A DNA stretch of 55,689 nt from Candidatus Methanophagaceae archaeon GoMg1 (lineage in GTDB: Archaea > Halobacteriota > Syntropharchaeia > Alkanophagales > Methanospirareceae). This document shows, in pieces, positions 27,422 to 38,114 of this stretch. The translations under genes and the position numbers were made by a program. The notes under the pieces were generated by a model. It was not told the DNA's origin, ran no database searches, and saw only the letters and a program-made list of their open reading frames with translations. Location of the stretch: positions 1-55,689 of the forward strand of contig QBUL01000187.1 in assembly GCA_013180605.1 (NCBI GenBank), given 5' to 3'. How positions within the stretch are numbered: the first letter of the stretch is position 1; each line of letters opens with the position of its first letter.

Positions 27422-29983
27422 ATGGAAAAAGAGGGTTTTCTACTGGACATTGATTATGTAACGGAGAGAGACGATACAGGGAACGAAAAGCCGGTGATAC
27501 GACTATGGTGCAAGAGCAAAGAAGGAGAGGTTTTTGTTGTGTTAGACAAAAGTTTCGAGCCGTATTTTTACGCCTTTCTACATTCTCATTTCCATTCTTA
27601 CCCCTACCGAGATATTGAAGAAACTAAGGGAGTGGTGGAAAAAATCCGAGTGGATAGAGGAGACGAACAAATAAGCGTTAAGCGAGTGGAATTTTGCCAG
27701 AAGAAATTACTTGGTGTTGAACAGAAAGGGTTAAAGATTTATGCCGAACATCCGAGACACGTTCCGCTGCTGCGAGAGGCAGTCAAAAAAGCAGGTCTTA
27801 CCGTGCTTGAAGCGGACATTCTATTTGCCATTCGGTACTTGATAGACAAACAACTGAGACCTTTTGATGGCATAAACGTGATGGGCAAAGAAATAAAATT
27901 GGACTATGCCAATACGGCTATTCTTGCCTCGGACATATCGTACAAAAAAATGGGCGGCGGGGGTGACCTGCCAGCGCTAAAAATCCTCGCTTTTGACTGC
28001 GAAATGGCTACGCTGAGCGGGTATGGAATGCCATCGCCGAAAAGCGACCCGATAACAATCATTTCGGCTGCATACACCGAAGGTATAGGAAAAGAAGTCA
28101 AAGCAAAGCTCTTCATGATGGAAGAAGAGGGATGGACGGAAAAGGGGGATAAAAAAGTAATAACCGATTTTTTGAACTTTGTAGCGCAATTCCAGCCGGA
28201 TGTTATCGTGGGCTATAATTCTGACGCTTTTGACTGGCAGTACATAAGGGAACGTGCGAAAATGCACAGGATTCGTTTAACCGTCGGTGTGGATGGCAGC
28301 ACGGTGCAGTATGACAAGGAGAGGGGAGGTGCGTTGCCCGGGGTGAACATCACGGGGCGGCTGAACGTTGACCTTTTCAAACTCGCAAAGCGCGACTTAA
28401 GCAGCGTGAAAGTGAAGAAACTGGAAAATGTAGCCGAATACCTTGGCGTGATGAAGAAAATCGAGAGAGTAAATTTAACGCCACGTGAGATTACCGACTA
28501 CTGGGTTGACGCTTCGCCGTCGTCTGCCGCGCGACAGCAGTTATACGAATACGCAAAGGCGGATGCAGTCAGCACGCTGGGCATCGCGGAGAAGATGCTG
28601 CCACTGCAAATAGAACTTTCTAAGATGATCGGCTATCCTCTGGACGAGGTAGCAAAGATGGGCCGGGGCAGGCAGGTAGAAGCGTTTTTAACCGCAGAAG
28701 CATTCAAAAAAGGCGAACTGGTGCCACCAAAGCGAGGAGCAGAAAAGACCTTCGAGGGTGGATTCGTACTCCCTCCGGAAAAGGGCTTGCACGAGAATGT
28801 TATCGCCCTTGACTTCTCTTCTATGTACCCCACCATCATGATTTCCTTTAACATCTCCCCTGATACATTCGTAGAAGCCCGGGGTGCGAGTGCAGAACCT
28901 GAATCGGATTTACATATCGCACCGGAGGTGGGCTATGCATTCAGAAAAACGCCGGATGGATTCTTTAAACGAATAATGAGCGATTTGATCGCACGAAGAA
29001 GAGCGATAAAGGCGGAAATGAAGAACCACGACAAAAATTCCGACAAATATCTGTTGCTGGACATACAACAGCAGAGTATCAAAATCCTCACGAACAGCTT
29101 CTATGGATATACGGGATGGAGCGCAGCGAAATTTTACAAGCGCGAATGCGCTGAAGCGACAACGGCATGGGGACGGCATTTTATAAAGCGCACGGTGGAG
29201 GTAGCGGAGAAGCTCGGATTTGAGGTTATCTATGGAGATACCGACAGCATATTCGCGAAACTCCCACTCACGCCTGATGCGGCGGCAAAAGAAGGAGATA
29301 TAAAAGCGGCGACGTGGGATAAAGCGAGAGAAGTTTCAGCGCGTATTTCCGAGGAGCTTCCACTTGAACTCGAGATACAGGACTTCTTTAAAGCTATTTT
29401 CTTTACGGGGAAGAAGAAGAGATACGCAGCGCTTACCGACAAAGGCGAGATCATAGTGCGTGGCCTGGAAGTGCGCCGCGGGGACTGGTGCGAGCTGGCG
29501 AAGGAAGTGCAGACGGAGGTGATAGAACTCATATTAAAACAAAAAGACCCTGAAGCTGCTATGAAATATGCCAAAACCGTCATACAGGACGTAAAAGAGG
29601 GAAAAATATCCGTAGACAAGTTAACGATTTACAAGACGCTCACCAGAAAGATAAGCAGCTATGAGACAAAGCAAGCGCACGTTATGGCGGCAGAAAGAGC
29701 TTTAACTTCGTCCTCGCGCATTGTATACGAAGTTGGCTCGAAAATCCCGTATGTGATAATAAAAGGCGCAGGGAAGACGAGCGACCGTGCATTCCCCGTG
29801 GATGTTATAGAGAGAAGCGAAGGGGACGAAATAACAGCAGAGGGGCGAGCATACCAGATTGACTGCTCGTATTACGTCCAGCATCAGCTGATACCGGTTG
29901 CGCACCGAGTGCTGCAACTTTTTGGCTATGACCTCTCTTCTTTTGATGATATGCGCCAGAAGACATTAGGTCATTGGTTTTGA
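27422..29983 (+). CDS. polB: Family B DNA polymerase
   Basis: Exo motifs FDCE, YNSDAFD, YAKADA; Pol motifs DFSSMYP, KILTNSFYG, YGDTDS; no intein. Confidence 0.96.
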   Translation: MEKEGFLLDIDYVTERDDTGNEKPVIRLWCKSKEGEVFVVLDKSFEPYFYAFLHSHFHSYPYRDIEETKGVVEKIRVDRGDEQISVKRVEFCQKKLLGVEQKGLKIYAEHPRHVPLLREAVKKAGLTVLEADILFAIRYLIDKQLRPFDGINVMGKEIKLDYANTAILASDISYKKMGGGGDLPALKILAFDCEMATLSGYGMPSPKSDPITIISAAYTEGIGKEVKAKLFMMEEEGWTEKGDKKVITDFLNFVAQFQPDVIVGYNSDAFDWQYIRERAKMHRIRLTVGVDGSTVQYDKERGGALPGVNITGRLNVDLFKLAKRDLSSVKVKKLENVAEYLGVMKKIERVNLTPREITDYWVDASPSSAARQQLYEYAKADAVSTLGIAEKMLPLQIELSKMIGYPLDEVAKMGRGRQVEAFLTAEAFKKGELVPPKRGAEKTFEGGFVLPPEKGLHENVIALDFSSMYPTIMISFNISPDTFVEARGASAEPESDLHIAPEVGYAFRKTPDGFFKRIMSDLIARRRAIKAEMKNHDKNSDKYLLLDIQQQSIKILTNSFYGYTGWSAAKFYKRECAEATTAWGRHFIKRTVEVAEKLGFEVIYGDTDSIFAKLPLTPDAAAKEGDIKAATWDKAREVSARISEELPLELEIQDFFKAIFFTGKKKRYAALTDKGEIIVRGLEVRRGDWCELAKEVQTEVIELILKQKDPEAAMKYAKTVIQDVKEGKISVDKLTIYKTLTRKISSYETKQAHVMAAERALTSSSRIVYEVGSKIPYVIIKGAGKTSDRAFPVDVIERSEGDEITAEGRAYQIDCSYYVQHQLIPVAHRVLQLFGYDLSSFDDMRQKTLGHWF

Positions 29984-30006
29984 TAGTGTTTTAGAGGTCA
30001 TACAAC

Positions 30007-30022
30007 CGAAAAGCTTATATAC
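30007..30022 (+). promoter_or_regulatory. BRE/TATA promoter of the histone gene
   Basis: cgaaaagcTTATATA about 35 nt upstream of ATG 30054. Confidence 0.6.
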
Positions 30023-30053
30023 CCCTTTGTATTATGTAATCACAGTGATAGAA

Positions 30054-30254
30054 ATGGCTGAAATACCAACAGCACCTGTAACCAGGTTAATGAGAAACGC
30101 CGGAGCAGAGAGAGTAAGCGAAGATGCGAGTCAGGCATTGGTAGAGGTATTAGAAGAATATGGCGAAAAAATAGCGGCAAAATCCGTTAGCCTCGCCAAA
30201 CATGCCGGAAGGAAGACAGTGAAGGCCGAAGACGTCTTGGAAGCAGTAGCATAG
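30054..30254 (+). CDS. Archaeal histone (HMf-like)
   Basis: MAEIPTAPVTRLMRNAGAERVS...AKHAGRKTVKAED. Confidence 0.95.
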   Translation: MAEIPTAPVTRLMRNAGAERVSEDASQALVEVLEEYGEKIAAKSVSLAKHAGRKTVKAEDVLEAVA

Positions 30255-30316
30255 AAAAAAAGCAGAATAAAGGGGAACTATAAAACATACAAAATTCACC
30301 CTTTTTTTTTTTTTTT

Positions 30317-31094
<778 letters not shown>

Positions 31095-31098
<4 letters not shown>

Positions 31099-32120
31099 AC
31101 ACCTCCTTTCCTTTTCTTTACCAGTAAAACAAAACTAATAAAGAGTGCAAAAGCTGCAGATAAAGTTTCAAAGCCCGGTGCCTTCGGTACTGGAGTGGGA
31201 TAAGGCATAGGCATAGGGGCTGGTGCGCTTGGACGAATAAAATCAGTAATTTCTACCGTGGGTGAAATTTCTACCGTCTTCTCTTTCGCTTCTACTACTA
31301 CCGTTCTGTTCACAAAAGGACTTAATAGAACCATCCCACTGCTCTCTTTTATTATCCTTTCTGATTGCCATATTTGAATCTCAAATATGTAATCCCTACC
31401 ATTAAGCACCCTTAGCTCTGCGTAATGTAGCGATGTAGTGCCTTCTTTTAGAACCCCGAGGTCTTCCCACCCCATATCTGCTATTAACCTCGTTTCGTTG
31501 TCCCTCGCCTTTATCAAAGCTCTCAGACCGCCAACATCTTTTCCGAGATTGTCAATGTATAGAGTGGTATTGACGGTTGCATACTCCTTCTCTTTCCCCA
31601 TTCCGCTCTCTACTTCTACTGCTTCCACGAAGAAATCAAGTTCCCGTATGGAAATTTTTGCAACAGAAGGAGGTTCCAAACGTGATAATCCATAAATCTT
31701 TCTTTCTCCCCGCAATATGCCTTTGCCGTCTTCAAAAACAACTATTTGCAGTCGATAGCCGCCTTCTTTTGGAAGTTTCAAGTACGTGTTCGCATATTTT
31801 GTCTCTCTTCCGTCTATTTCCCCCACTTTCGACCCATTAGAAGCTACGAGTAAATTTGTATCTGCATCGTATGCCTTTATCAACACATCCACTTCGCCGG
31901 ATTTCACATCTCCGCTATTATCCAGATACATGGTCACGTTTAGCATTACATCGGCAATACCAAGCGCTTCGGCAGATATGTCAATATCCGCGATTGCTAT
32001 TTCAGACTGCTCATAAGATTTTAAACCGCCGCCAATCGTTGCTACTAACGCAATAAGCACTAAGAACGCAAGCACTACCACAACTGTTGCAATTGTCAGT
32101 TGTTTTCCCTGCAAGTCCAT
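31095..32120 (-). CDS. Surface protein with PGF-CTERM sorting signal
   Basis: N-terminal TM, two repeated beta domains, Pro-rich linker and PGF-TM-KKRK tail. Confidence 0.85.
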
Positions 32121-32198
32121 AACATTTATTTATTTGTCCTCATTTATAAATATTTGTGCATTACTATTATTAGCGGGGCATATTGGAGGTAAGAAAAA

Positions 32199-32744
32199 AT
32201 GGCTGTCGTTGTATTTTTGGCTACGGGATTTGAAGAGATAGAAGCTATGGGTATTGTGGACACACTCAGAAGGGCGGGGATAGAGGTTGTGATTGCCGGT
32301 CTTCAAACGGGCGCTATCGAAGGCGGGCATGGAGTTAAGGTGGTTCCGGATAGAGAAATAGAAGGGATTAATATCAAGGATTTTGATGCGGTCGTTTTGC
32401 CTGGTGGGTCTCCCGGGTACGTGAATCTGGGTAACGACAAACGCGTTTTGGATGCGGTGAGAAAAGCATTTGAACTCGGTAAAGTCGTTGCAGCTATCTG
32501 TGCTGCACCTTCGGTATTAGCAAAAGCGGGGATTTTAGAGGGAAAAAAAGCGACGATTTATCCGGGTTTGGAAACCACTTTAGCCGGTGCAAAACACATC
32601 AATGAGCGAGTGGTAGTGGATGATAAGATAATCACCAGTCAGGGTCCGGGGACTACGCTCGAATTCGGCGTTAAACTGGTCGAGATATTAGCGGGAGTGA
32701 AGAGCGCACGCGAACTTAAGAATAGTCTCATAGCGAATTTTTAG
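32199..32744 (+). CDS. DJ-1/PfpI/ThiJ family protein
   Basis: GFEEIE, LPGG, AAICAAP and TSQGPGT motifs. Confidence 0.93.
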   Translation: MAVVVFLATGFEEIEAMGIVDTLRRAGIEVVIAGLQTGAIEGGHGVKVVPDREIEGINIKDFDAVVLPGGSPGYVNLGNDKRVLDAVRKAFELGKVVAAICAAPSVLAKAGILEGKKATIYPGLETTLAGAKHINERVVVDDKIITSQGPGTTLEFGVKLVEILAGVKSARELKNSLIANF

Positions 32745-32754
32745 ACTGGCTGTT

Positions 32755-32904
32755 TCATCGAGCGAAATAGCGTTGAAAAGGAGGGTAGAGAAACCAGAGG
32801 AAATGGGTGCGGATGCGGTCGTGAATCTTCAGTTTATGACTTCGATGGTGATGACTGGTGCCGCGGAAATACTTGCACACGGGACTGTGGTGAAGTTAAG
32901 GTGA
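32755..32904 (+). pseudogene. YbjQ/UPF0145 C-terminal remnant
   Basis: EIALKR.VEK.EEMGADAVVNL.F.TSMVMTGAAEILAHGTVVKL*. Confidence 0.75.
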
Positions 32905-32935
32905 AGTAAGATAAAAAATTAAAAAAGGAGGATAA

Positions 32936-33544
32936 TTAATATCCTCCAAATCTTGGTCCGAGTTCGGGTATTAGTTCCGGCATTGTAATAAGTGCAGCAA
33001 AGACCACTATAGCGGCAACGATTCCCGGTATGATTATTGCGAGAATAAACGCGAGAACTGCTTTTCCAGTGGATAGCTCGTGAAGTTGCCTTATGCCGAT
33101 GATTTCCACAACAAGAGCCCATATTCCTGCAATGATGCCTATAAATGGAATCCATCCCAATAGGTAGCTCGGCGTCGCTCCGTACATCAATGCCTTTATG
33201 GTCTGCGTTACTCCTTTTCTACCGCCCACAACATATACCCAGATGTGCATCCAGAGACCCATAATGAAAACAGCAATTATCCCGGCGATTAACGACAAAA
33301 CAAGCATGGATACCGCAAGAAGAGGCCCCGCAGTAAGCCCCAGCATCGCAGCCCACGGTCCTACTATCCATGCCATCGCCGAAAATGCTACCAACACCAT
33401 GATACTGAAAAGCACTGCATATATCGCTAAAAGGACGACGAAATACTTGAAGGCATCGCCGAGTGTGTCTTCCTTAGAGTTGTCGAACGTTTTTGAAGGA
33501 CTGAACAAGAATCCCTTTATTCTTTCCCTGGTACTTAACACCAT
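32936..33544 (-). CDS. YIP1 family membrane protein
   Basis: LFSPSKTF, YGATP and GIRQLH.LSTGKA motifs; multi-TM. Confidence 0.8.
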   Translation of the reverse strand: MVLSTRERIKGFLFSPSKTFDNSKEDTLGDAFKYFVVLLAIYAVLFSIMVLVAFSAMAWIVGPWAAMLGLTAGPLLAVSMLVLSLIAGIIAVFIMGLWMHIWVYVVGGRKGVTQTIKALMYGATPSYLLGWIPFIGIIAGIWALVVEIIGIRQLHELSTGKAVLAFILAIIIPGIVAAIVVFAALITMPELIPELGPRFGGY

Positions 33545-33683
33545 TTTGTGTCACCGAAATAACTAAAAATGTTTTTCTCCTTATAAAGTTTTCGGTTGCT
33601 GTTCGCTTTCTGGATATTCTATTGTAAAATGCCGAATATTTTTTATATTGCATTGCTTTTTTTTATTATTGTTTTTAATAATC

Positions 33684-33968
33684 ATGGACTCAAAAGTAAG
33701 GGCACATGTGTTTGTCAAAGGGCGAGTGCAAGGAGTTCTATTTAGGCACACAACCAAAAAAGAAGCGAATCTGCGGGCGGTAAATGGCTGGGCGCGAAAC
33801 ATGGAAGATGGGCGAGTAGAAGCGGTATTTGAAGGAACAAAGGAAAAAGTGGACGAAATGATAGAATTTTGTCATTATGGGCCTCCTGCGGCGAAGGTGT
33901 CGTCGGTAAAGGTTACATGGGGAGAACATACGGGGGAGTTTAGAAATTTTTATGTTCGGTATCGGTAA
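33684..33968 (+). CDS. acyP: Acylphosphatase
   Basis: GRVQGVLFR, GWARN..DGRVE and GPPAA motifs. Confidence 0.92.
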   Translation: MDSKVRAHVFVKGRVQGVLFRHTTKKEANLRAVNGWARNMEDGRVEAVFEGTKEKVDEMIEFCHYGPPAAKVSSVKVTWGEHTGEFRNFYVRYR

Positions 33969-34034
33969 ATGATTCTAAGAGGACAGAAATGAATGAATGA
34001 ATGGAATAAAGAAATAAAGGCAACGAGGTGGAAA

Positions 34035-34331
34035 ATGGACAAAAAACTTGAAGAAATGATAAATACCATCAAAGCAAATAAGAACTTCCTGGAGGAGGAG
34101 TATAAGGTAAAAGAGATAGGTGTGTTCGGCTCTTTTGTACGCGGTGAGCAAAAGAGGAGGAGTGACGTGGATGTCCTTGCGGACTTTTATGAAGTGCCTG
34201 ACCTATTTAACTTCATCAGCCTTGAACGGTATCTCCAAAGGATTTTGAAGAAAAAAGTTGACCTCGTAAGAAAGCCGGTAGTGAGGAAAGAGCGGAAGAA
34301 AAGAATCTTGAGCGAGACGGTGTATGTATGA
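34035..34331 (+). CDS. MNT nucleotidyltransferase antitoxin (MntA-like)
   Basis: FGSFVRGEQ..SDVDV and KVDLV motifs. Confidence 0.88.
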   Translation: MDKKLEEMINTIKANKNFLEEEYKVKEIGVFGSFVRGEQKRRSDVDVLADFYEVPDLFNFISLERYLQRILKKKVDLVRKPVVRKERKKRILSETVYV

Positions 34332-34444
34332 AAAGGGACTATAAAATCGTTTGGAAGGTGATAAAGGAGCGTCTACCCATACTTAAACGACAAATCGAAG
34401 CACTTCTTAAGGATGCGGAGGGGAAAGAAGCTACAGGAGCATAA
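34328..34444 (+). pseudogene. HepT/DUF86 toxin with the core deleted
   Basis: MKRDY joined to KIVWKVIKERLPILK; ATGA overlap with the MNT gene; no Rx4HxY motif. Confidence 0.75.
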
Positions 34445-34530
34445 GGCTTTCGGCTGATTATAGGCAGCTTAATGCTTTATAGATTGCGATTTATCAGAGA
34501 AAAAAAATATTGTAGCCTATAAAACTCGTA

Positions 34531-35337
34531 ATGTCCGGTTATAAAGACAAAATACTGTTCGCAAAAAATCCTAATGAATACATAAACGACTCACAGCGAG
34601 CACGAGCAACCAGTTTCTATTCCTCTATCTGTGCGACTTATGGGAAAACAAACCTTGAATCATTAATGAAAACAAAGAGAAAAGGGAAAAAATATCCTGA
34701 CCCATTGGCTGATTTACCGATAGCTTGCCACAAGGATTTTGGCGATTATAATAAAAGAAGGGCAGAGCTCTTTGAGAAAGGGAGAAAATGGTTCGATGGT
34801 AGAGTTGCTAACTGGGCAAAAAATCCTGAAATCCCTGAGCTCAACTTTCCTTCGCTCAAAGTGAAATATCCAGAAGGCAAGAAGTTCGAATTCGGTAATA
34901 CCTCACTTCGATTCAGTAAACCTCTGTTTCATGGCATAGAGTTCTCACGCGTGGGTTGGGTATTTTATACGATTGTGGAGCACGAAACCGAGAAATTTAT
35001 CCATTCTTCTGACCTTGACGGTCCTATAATCGAGGATTATGCGCAGCAAATAATCCATGAGAATCCTCAGGTGCTTATCCTGGATGGTCCTATGACCTAC
35101 ATGTTTGGCTATTTGCTGAACCGGATTAATTTAAACCGGGCAGTGGAGAATGCCGCAGAAATTGTGCGTGAAATTGATGCGGAATTGATTATTTACGACC
35201 ATCACTTGCCAAGAGATAGAAAATTTCGCGAAAGGACTGAAAAGGTGTGGAACACAGCAAAGGAAGCGAAGAAGAAAGTTATGACTGCGGCGGAATTTTT
35301 GGGTAAGGAACCGGTTGTGCTTTCAGTAGGGTCTTAA
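34531..35337 (+). CDS. MBL-fold hydrolase (UPF0282-like), probably 5'-truncated
   Basis: KNPNEYINDSQR.R, PLFHG, SSDLDGP and DHHL.RD motifs; N-terminal MBL motif absent. Confidence 0.65.
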   Translation: MSGYKDKILFAKNPNEYINDSQRARATSFYSSICATYGKTNLESLMKTKRKGKKYPDPLADLPIACHKDFGDYNKRRAELFEKGRKWFDGRVANWAKNPEIPELNFPSLKVKYPEGKKFEFGNTSLRFSKPLFHGIEFSRVGWVFYTIVEHETEKFIHSSDLDGPIIEDYAQQIIHENPQVLILDGPMTYMFGYLLNRINLNRAVENAAEIVREIDAELIIYDHHLPRDRKFRERTEKVWNTAKEAKKKVMTAAEFLGKEPVVLSVGS

Positions 35338-35369
35338 TAGCTGTGCTCGAAAGCGGTGTTGGTTCTGGG

Positions 35370-35457
35370 TTATAACATTTTGAGTATATCTAAAGTTCCG
35401 AGCGAAGCGAGGATTTTGGGTGAGGGCGTAGCCCGAACCTGATATACTCTGTTGGCC
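35370..35457 (-). other. attC-like site (GATATAC type)
   Basis: Minus strand GGCCAAC-AGAGTATATC ... GATATACTCAAAAT-GTTATAA. Confidence 0.75.
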
Positions 35458-35508
35458 GACCCGAAGGGCAAGGGAGCGATAGCGACCGCAGAGTCGTGGA
35501 CGAAAGTT

Positions 35509-36273
35509 TTACGGTTCTTCATCTAATATCTTTATCCTACTTCCTAAGTCTTTTAAATACCCTTCAGCTTTTTTCTCATCTTGTGGTAGATTTTCCGGGT
35601 CTAATGGGAATATATCTGTCAATAATTTCGCTAATCCCGATGCTTGATATCCTTTTTGAACAAAAACCGCAACATTTTTACCTGGTCCACTCTTAAATGC
35701 CATACCTATCTCATTTCCAATCCAGCCGACCTCACCTCCTTTATCAAAAACATGAGCGGTCAAAATCTGGATAATGCAATCAGAATCACGGATTGCTTGA
35801 TCTATTTTGTCAATCGTTGGTTTAACTTTGTAAATTTCTTTTTGCCATATGGTATTAAATCCTGCATTCTCAGCTCTATTCCTAACCCATCTAATCAATT
35901 GATTTGCACCATCATCGAAAGAAGCACTAATGAATGCAATAGGCTGTTTTGCCTTTTTTCTTTTTTCTATGTATACATCTTTTTCTTCTCTTTCCCTTGC
36001 TTTGAGAATATCTATACCATCTGCTGTTATTTTTAGACCAAGAGAGAGGTCAAATGGAAACGAACCAAATGGTAATGGGATTTCTACTCTAACTTCTTTC
36101 TTCTCTAAAAGCTTATGATCCTCTAGATATTTTATTTCTCTGTCAAACTTATCTGGGTTTTTATTTGATAAAAGGGCCAACAGACTGCTTTTTCTCAACG
36201 ATTTTGGATATTTTCCGTCGAGAAGGTTAAGCATTTCATAGTGATATTCAGTCAGTTTCATTTGTACCACCAA
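35509..36273 (-). CDS. Cassette-borne wHTH plus TIR/nucleotide-hydrolase-like protein
   Basis: N-terminal LKITADGID wHTH; AFISASF, AIRDSDCIIQIL and WIGNEIGMA motifs. Confidence 0.7.
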   Translation of the reverse strand: MVVQMKLTEYHYEMLNLLDGKYPKSLRKSSLLALLSNKNPDKFDREIKYLEDHKLLEKKEVRVEIPLPFGSFPFDLSLGLKITADGIDILKAREREEKDVYIEKRKKAKQPIAFISASFDDGANQLIRWVRNRAENAGFNTIWQKEIYKVKPTIDKIDQAIRDSDCIIQILTAHVFDKGGEVGWIGNEIGMAFKSGPGKNVAVFVQKGYQASGLAKLLTDIFPLDPENLPQDEKKAEGYLKDLGSRIKILDEEP

Positions 36274-36318
36274 AGTTTTGAATTACTTTTTTTGAAGATT
36301 TTCTTCGTCCACGATTTC

Positions 36319-36403
36319 GGCTACCGTTTTTGGTATATCCGAAGTTTTTGCCGATAGGCAAAAATTTGGGCGAACGACATGAGCCAGATATACCATGTTA
36401 TAC
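36319..36403 (-). other. attC-like site (GATATAC type)
   Basis: Minus strand GTATAAC-ATGGTATATC ... GATATACCAAAAAC-GGTAGCC (GTT core reads GGT). Confidence 0.72.
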
Positions 36404-36509
36404 GCCCCCGCTAGGGACAAGGAGCGGAGCGACGAAGAGTCGTGAGCAAAAGGCCATTTTAACTTACGAAGCATCTATTTTTTGGTGCGTATCTGCTTTT
36501 ATCTGGGCA

Positions 36510-36596
36510 ATACCCTGTGGCTTGCCACAGGGTCGCAGCAGTAGTGGTTGGTATATGGATATTGATACCCTGCGGCTTGCCGCAGGGTTCTTCATT
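36510..36596. mobile_element. Twin-palindrome miniature element (IS200/IS605- or REP-like)
   Basis: ACCCTGTGGCTTGCCACAGGGT and ACCCTGCGGCTTGCCGCAGGGT, 55 bp apart. Confidence 0.7.
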
Positions 36597-36622
36597 GGAA
36601 GATCCTCCTCTCGCGTTTTTTA

Positions 36623-37852
36623 TTATCTTACATAAAGAAATTTATCGTATTGCTTAAACAAATCTGGATATTGTTGATAGAAGAGGTACTTATTGAACTG
36701 AATTCCCAAGAATGTCTTTTGAAGTGGCAATCCCTTTTGACTCCTGAGCATTGCTAGGAGTTTAACGTTGGGTATCTGCGTTCTTTTATATATGGATCGC
36801 ATCCGCATTTCTAGATTTGAACTAGCCTTTTGATTATCTAGTCGGGAGTTATATCCGCTTTCCGAACCTTTCGGGTATATAGTAAAGTCAGGCAATGGGC
36901 ATCGTAGCCATGGTTCCATACAGAAGGAAGAGTCGAAATCCTTTCGTTTTACGGTTCTAATAATTTTTTTTCCTATCGAAGGAATGGGTATAAGCGAAGG
37001 TAATAGGTTTATGATATTTTGAGTATATATTGCAACGGAAATGGACGTGGAAACCACCGCAATGTTCTCCCATTGCTTTCTAATTGTTTGCTTCACCTTC
37101 TCACTAATAAGGGGCATTTCCTCTATAAGGTTTCTTGAGGTCCGTGCTCCGTTATTCCAAGCTCGTGCTAATTTCTCGCGATACGTATGCATTTCAGAGA
37201 TATCCTCTAGTTCAATAATCCTTTTGAACAGGTTTTGCTCAATTCTTTTTCGGAGACTCGGTATTAGAGTACAGGAGTCAGGAATATGAGAAAAAAACCA
37301 ATGTCCAAGTAATTCTCTTACTTTACGCACACTATAATTCCCCTCCAATCCTGGCTCGCGTAACGTTAGGGAAGATAACCATAAAGTAGTGTACGTTGGA
37401 AACACTAAACACGCTTCGAGTTCTACAGCGGTTCCCCATCTAGCGTAGGCCTCCAGTGTTACTCCAAAATCAAAACCAAACGGTATCACGTAGGAAAGCT
37501 CTTCATCCTCTAAAACACAAGGAAGCTCTTCTTTTAGGACGTCATACAAAGCACAATAAACACGGTTCTTTCTAGCTTGGCCTAACTCCCAGAATCTATC
37601 AGAGCAAAACTCTACAAACTCAAGGTTGCATATTTCCCTTGGTAGTGAAGATTCTGTTGACTCCGGGAATAATATAGACTCAAAACCATGGAAAATATGT
37701 AAATCTTGTAGATACTTTACACACAATCTTGCGTCTCTGGTTTTATCAATATTGTAATCCCCAGTATCAATTAGGTTATACCGAAGAAGAGGTCCGGCTT
37801 TCCGGTAATCTTTCATCAATCTTATTGGGATTGTGTTAAGTATTGCTCTCAT
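36623..37852 (-). CDS. Cassette-borne hypothetical protein (409 aa)
   Basis: Long ORF with ggggtgg SD; no family recognised. Confidence 0.7.
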   Translation of the reverse strand: MRAILNTIPIRLMKDYRKAGPLLRYNLIDTGDYNIDKTRDARLCVKYLQDLHIFHGFESILFPESTESSLPREICNLEFVEFCSDRFWELGQARKNRVYCALYDVLKEELPCVLEDEELSYVIPFGFDFGVTLEAYARWGTAVELEACLVFPTYTTLWLSSLTLREPGLEGNYSVRKVRELLGHWFFSHIPDSCTLIPSLRKRIEQNLFKRIIELEDISEMHTYREKLARAWNNGARTSRNLIEEMPLISEKVKQTIRKQWENIAVVSTSISVAIYTQNIINLLPSLIPIPSIGKKIIRTVKRKDFDSSFCMEPWLRCPLPDFTIYPKGSESGYNSRLDNQKASSNLEMRMRSIYKRTQIPNVKLLAMLRSQKGLPLQKTFLGIQFNKYLFYQQYPDLFKQYDKFLYVR

Positions 37853-37925
37853 GTATTACCACCCCTCAGTTACACTTCATTTCTATAACATTAACTTCTT
37901 TCCTAAGCCTTTTGCTCACGATTGC

Positions 37926-38005
37926 GTATAACGTCGGTATATCCGACATTAATGTCGCATATCCTCCCATTTTGGGGTTATATCCAAAACTTACTTCGTA
38001 GATCC
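37926..38005 (-). other. attI-like site, type A copy 2
   Basis: GGATATAACCCCAAAATGGGAGGATATGCGAC..CGGATATACCGAC-GTTATAC aligns with about 10850-10906. Confidence 0.65.
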
Positions 38006-38114
38006 CCCCCCCCTTTAGCAGACTGCTAACCCTCATCTCCTTCAGCCTCACTTTCAATATACGAATTCTTCATTATTAAACCTAACGGGCTTTTTATCCT
38101 TTCCCTTGACAATC

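Noticed and set aside
27422-29983. Intein or inactivated PolB
   Set aside because: Length is normal and all Exo and Pol motifs are intact.
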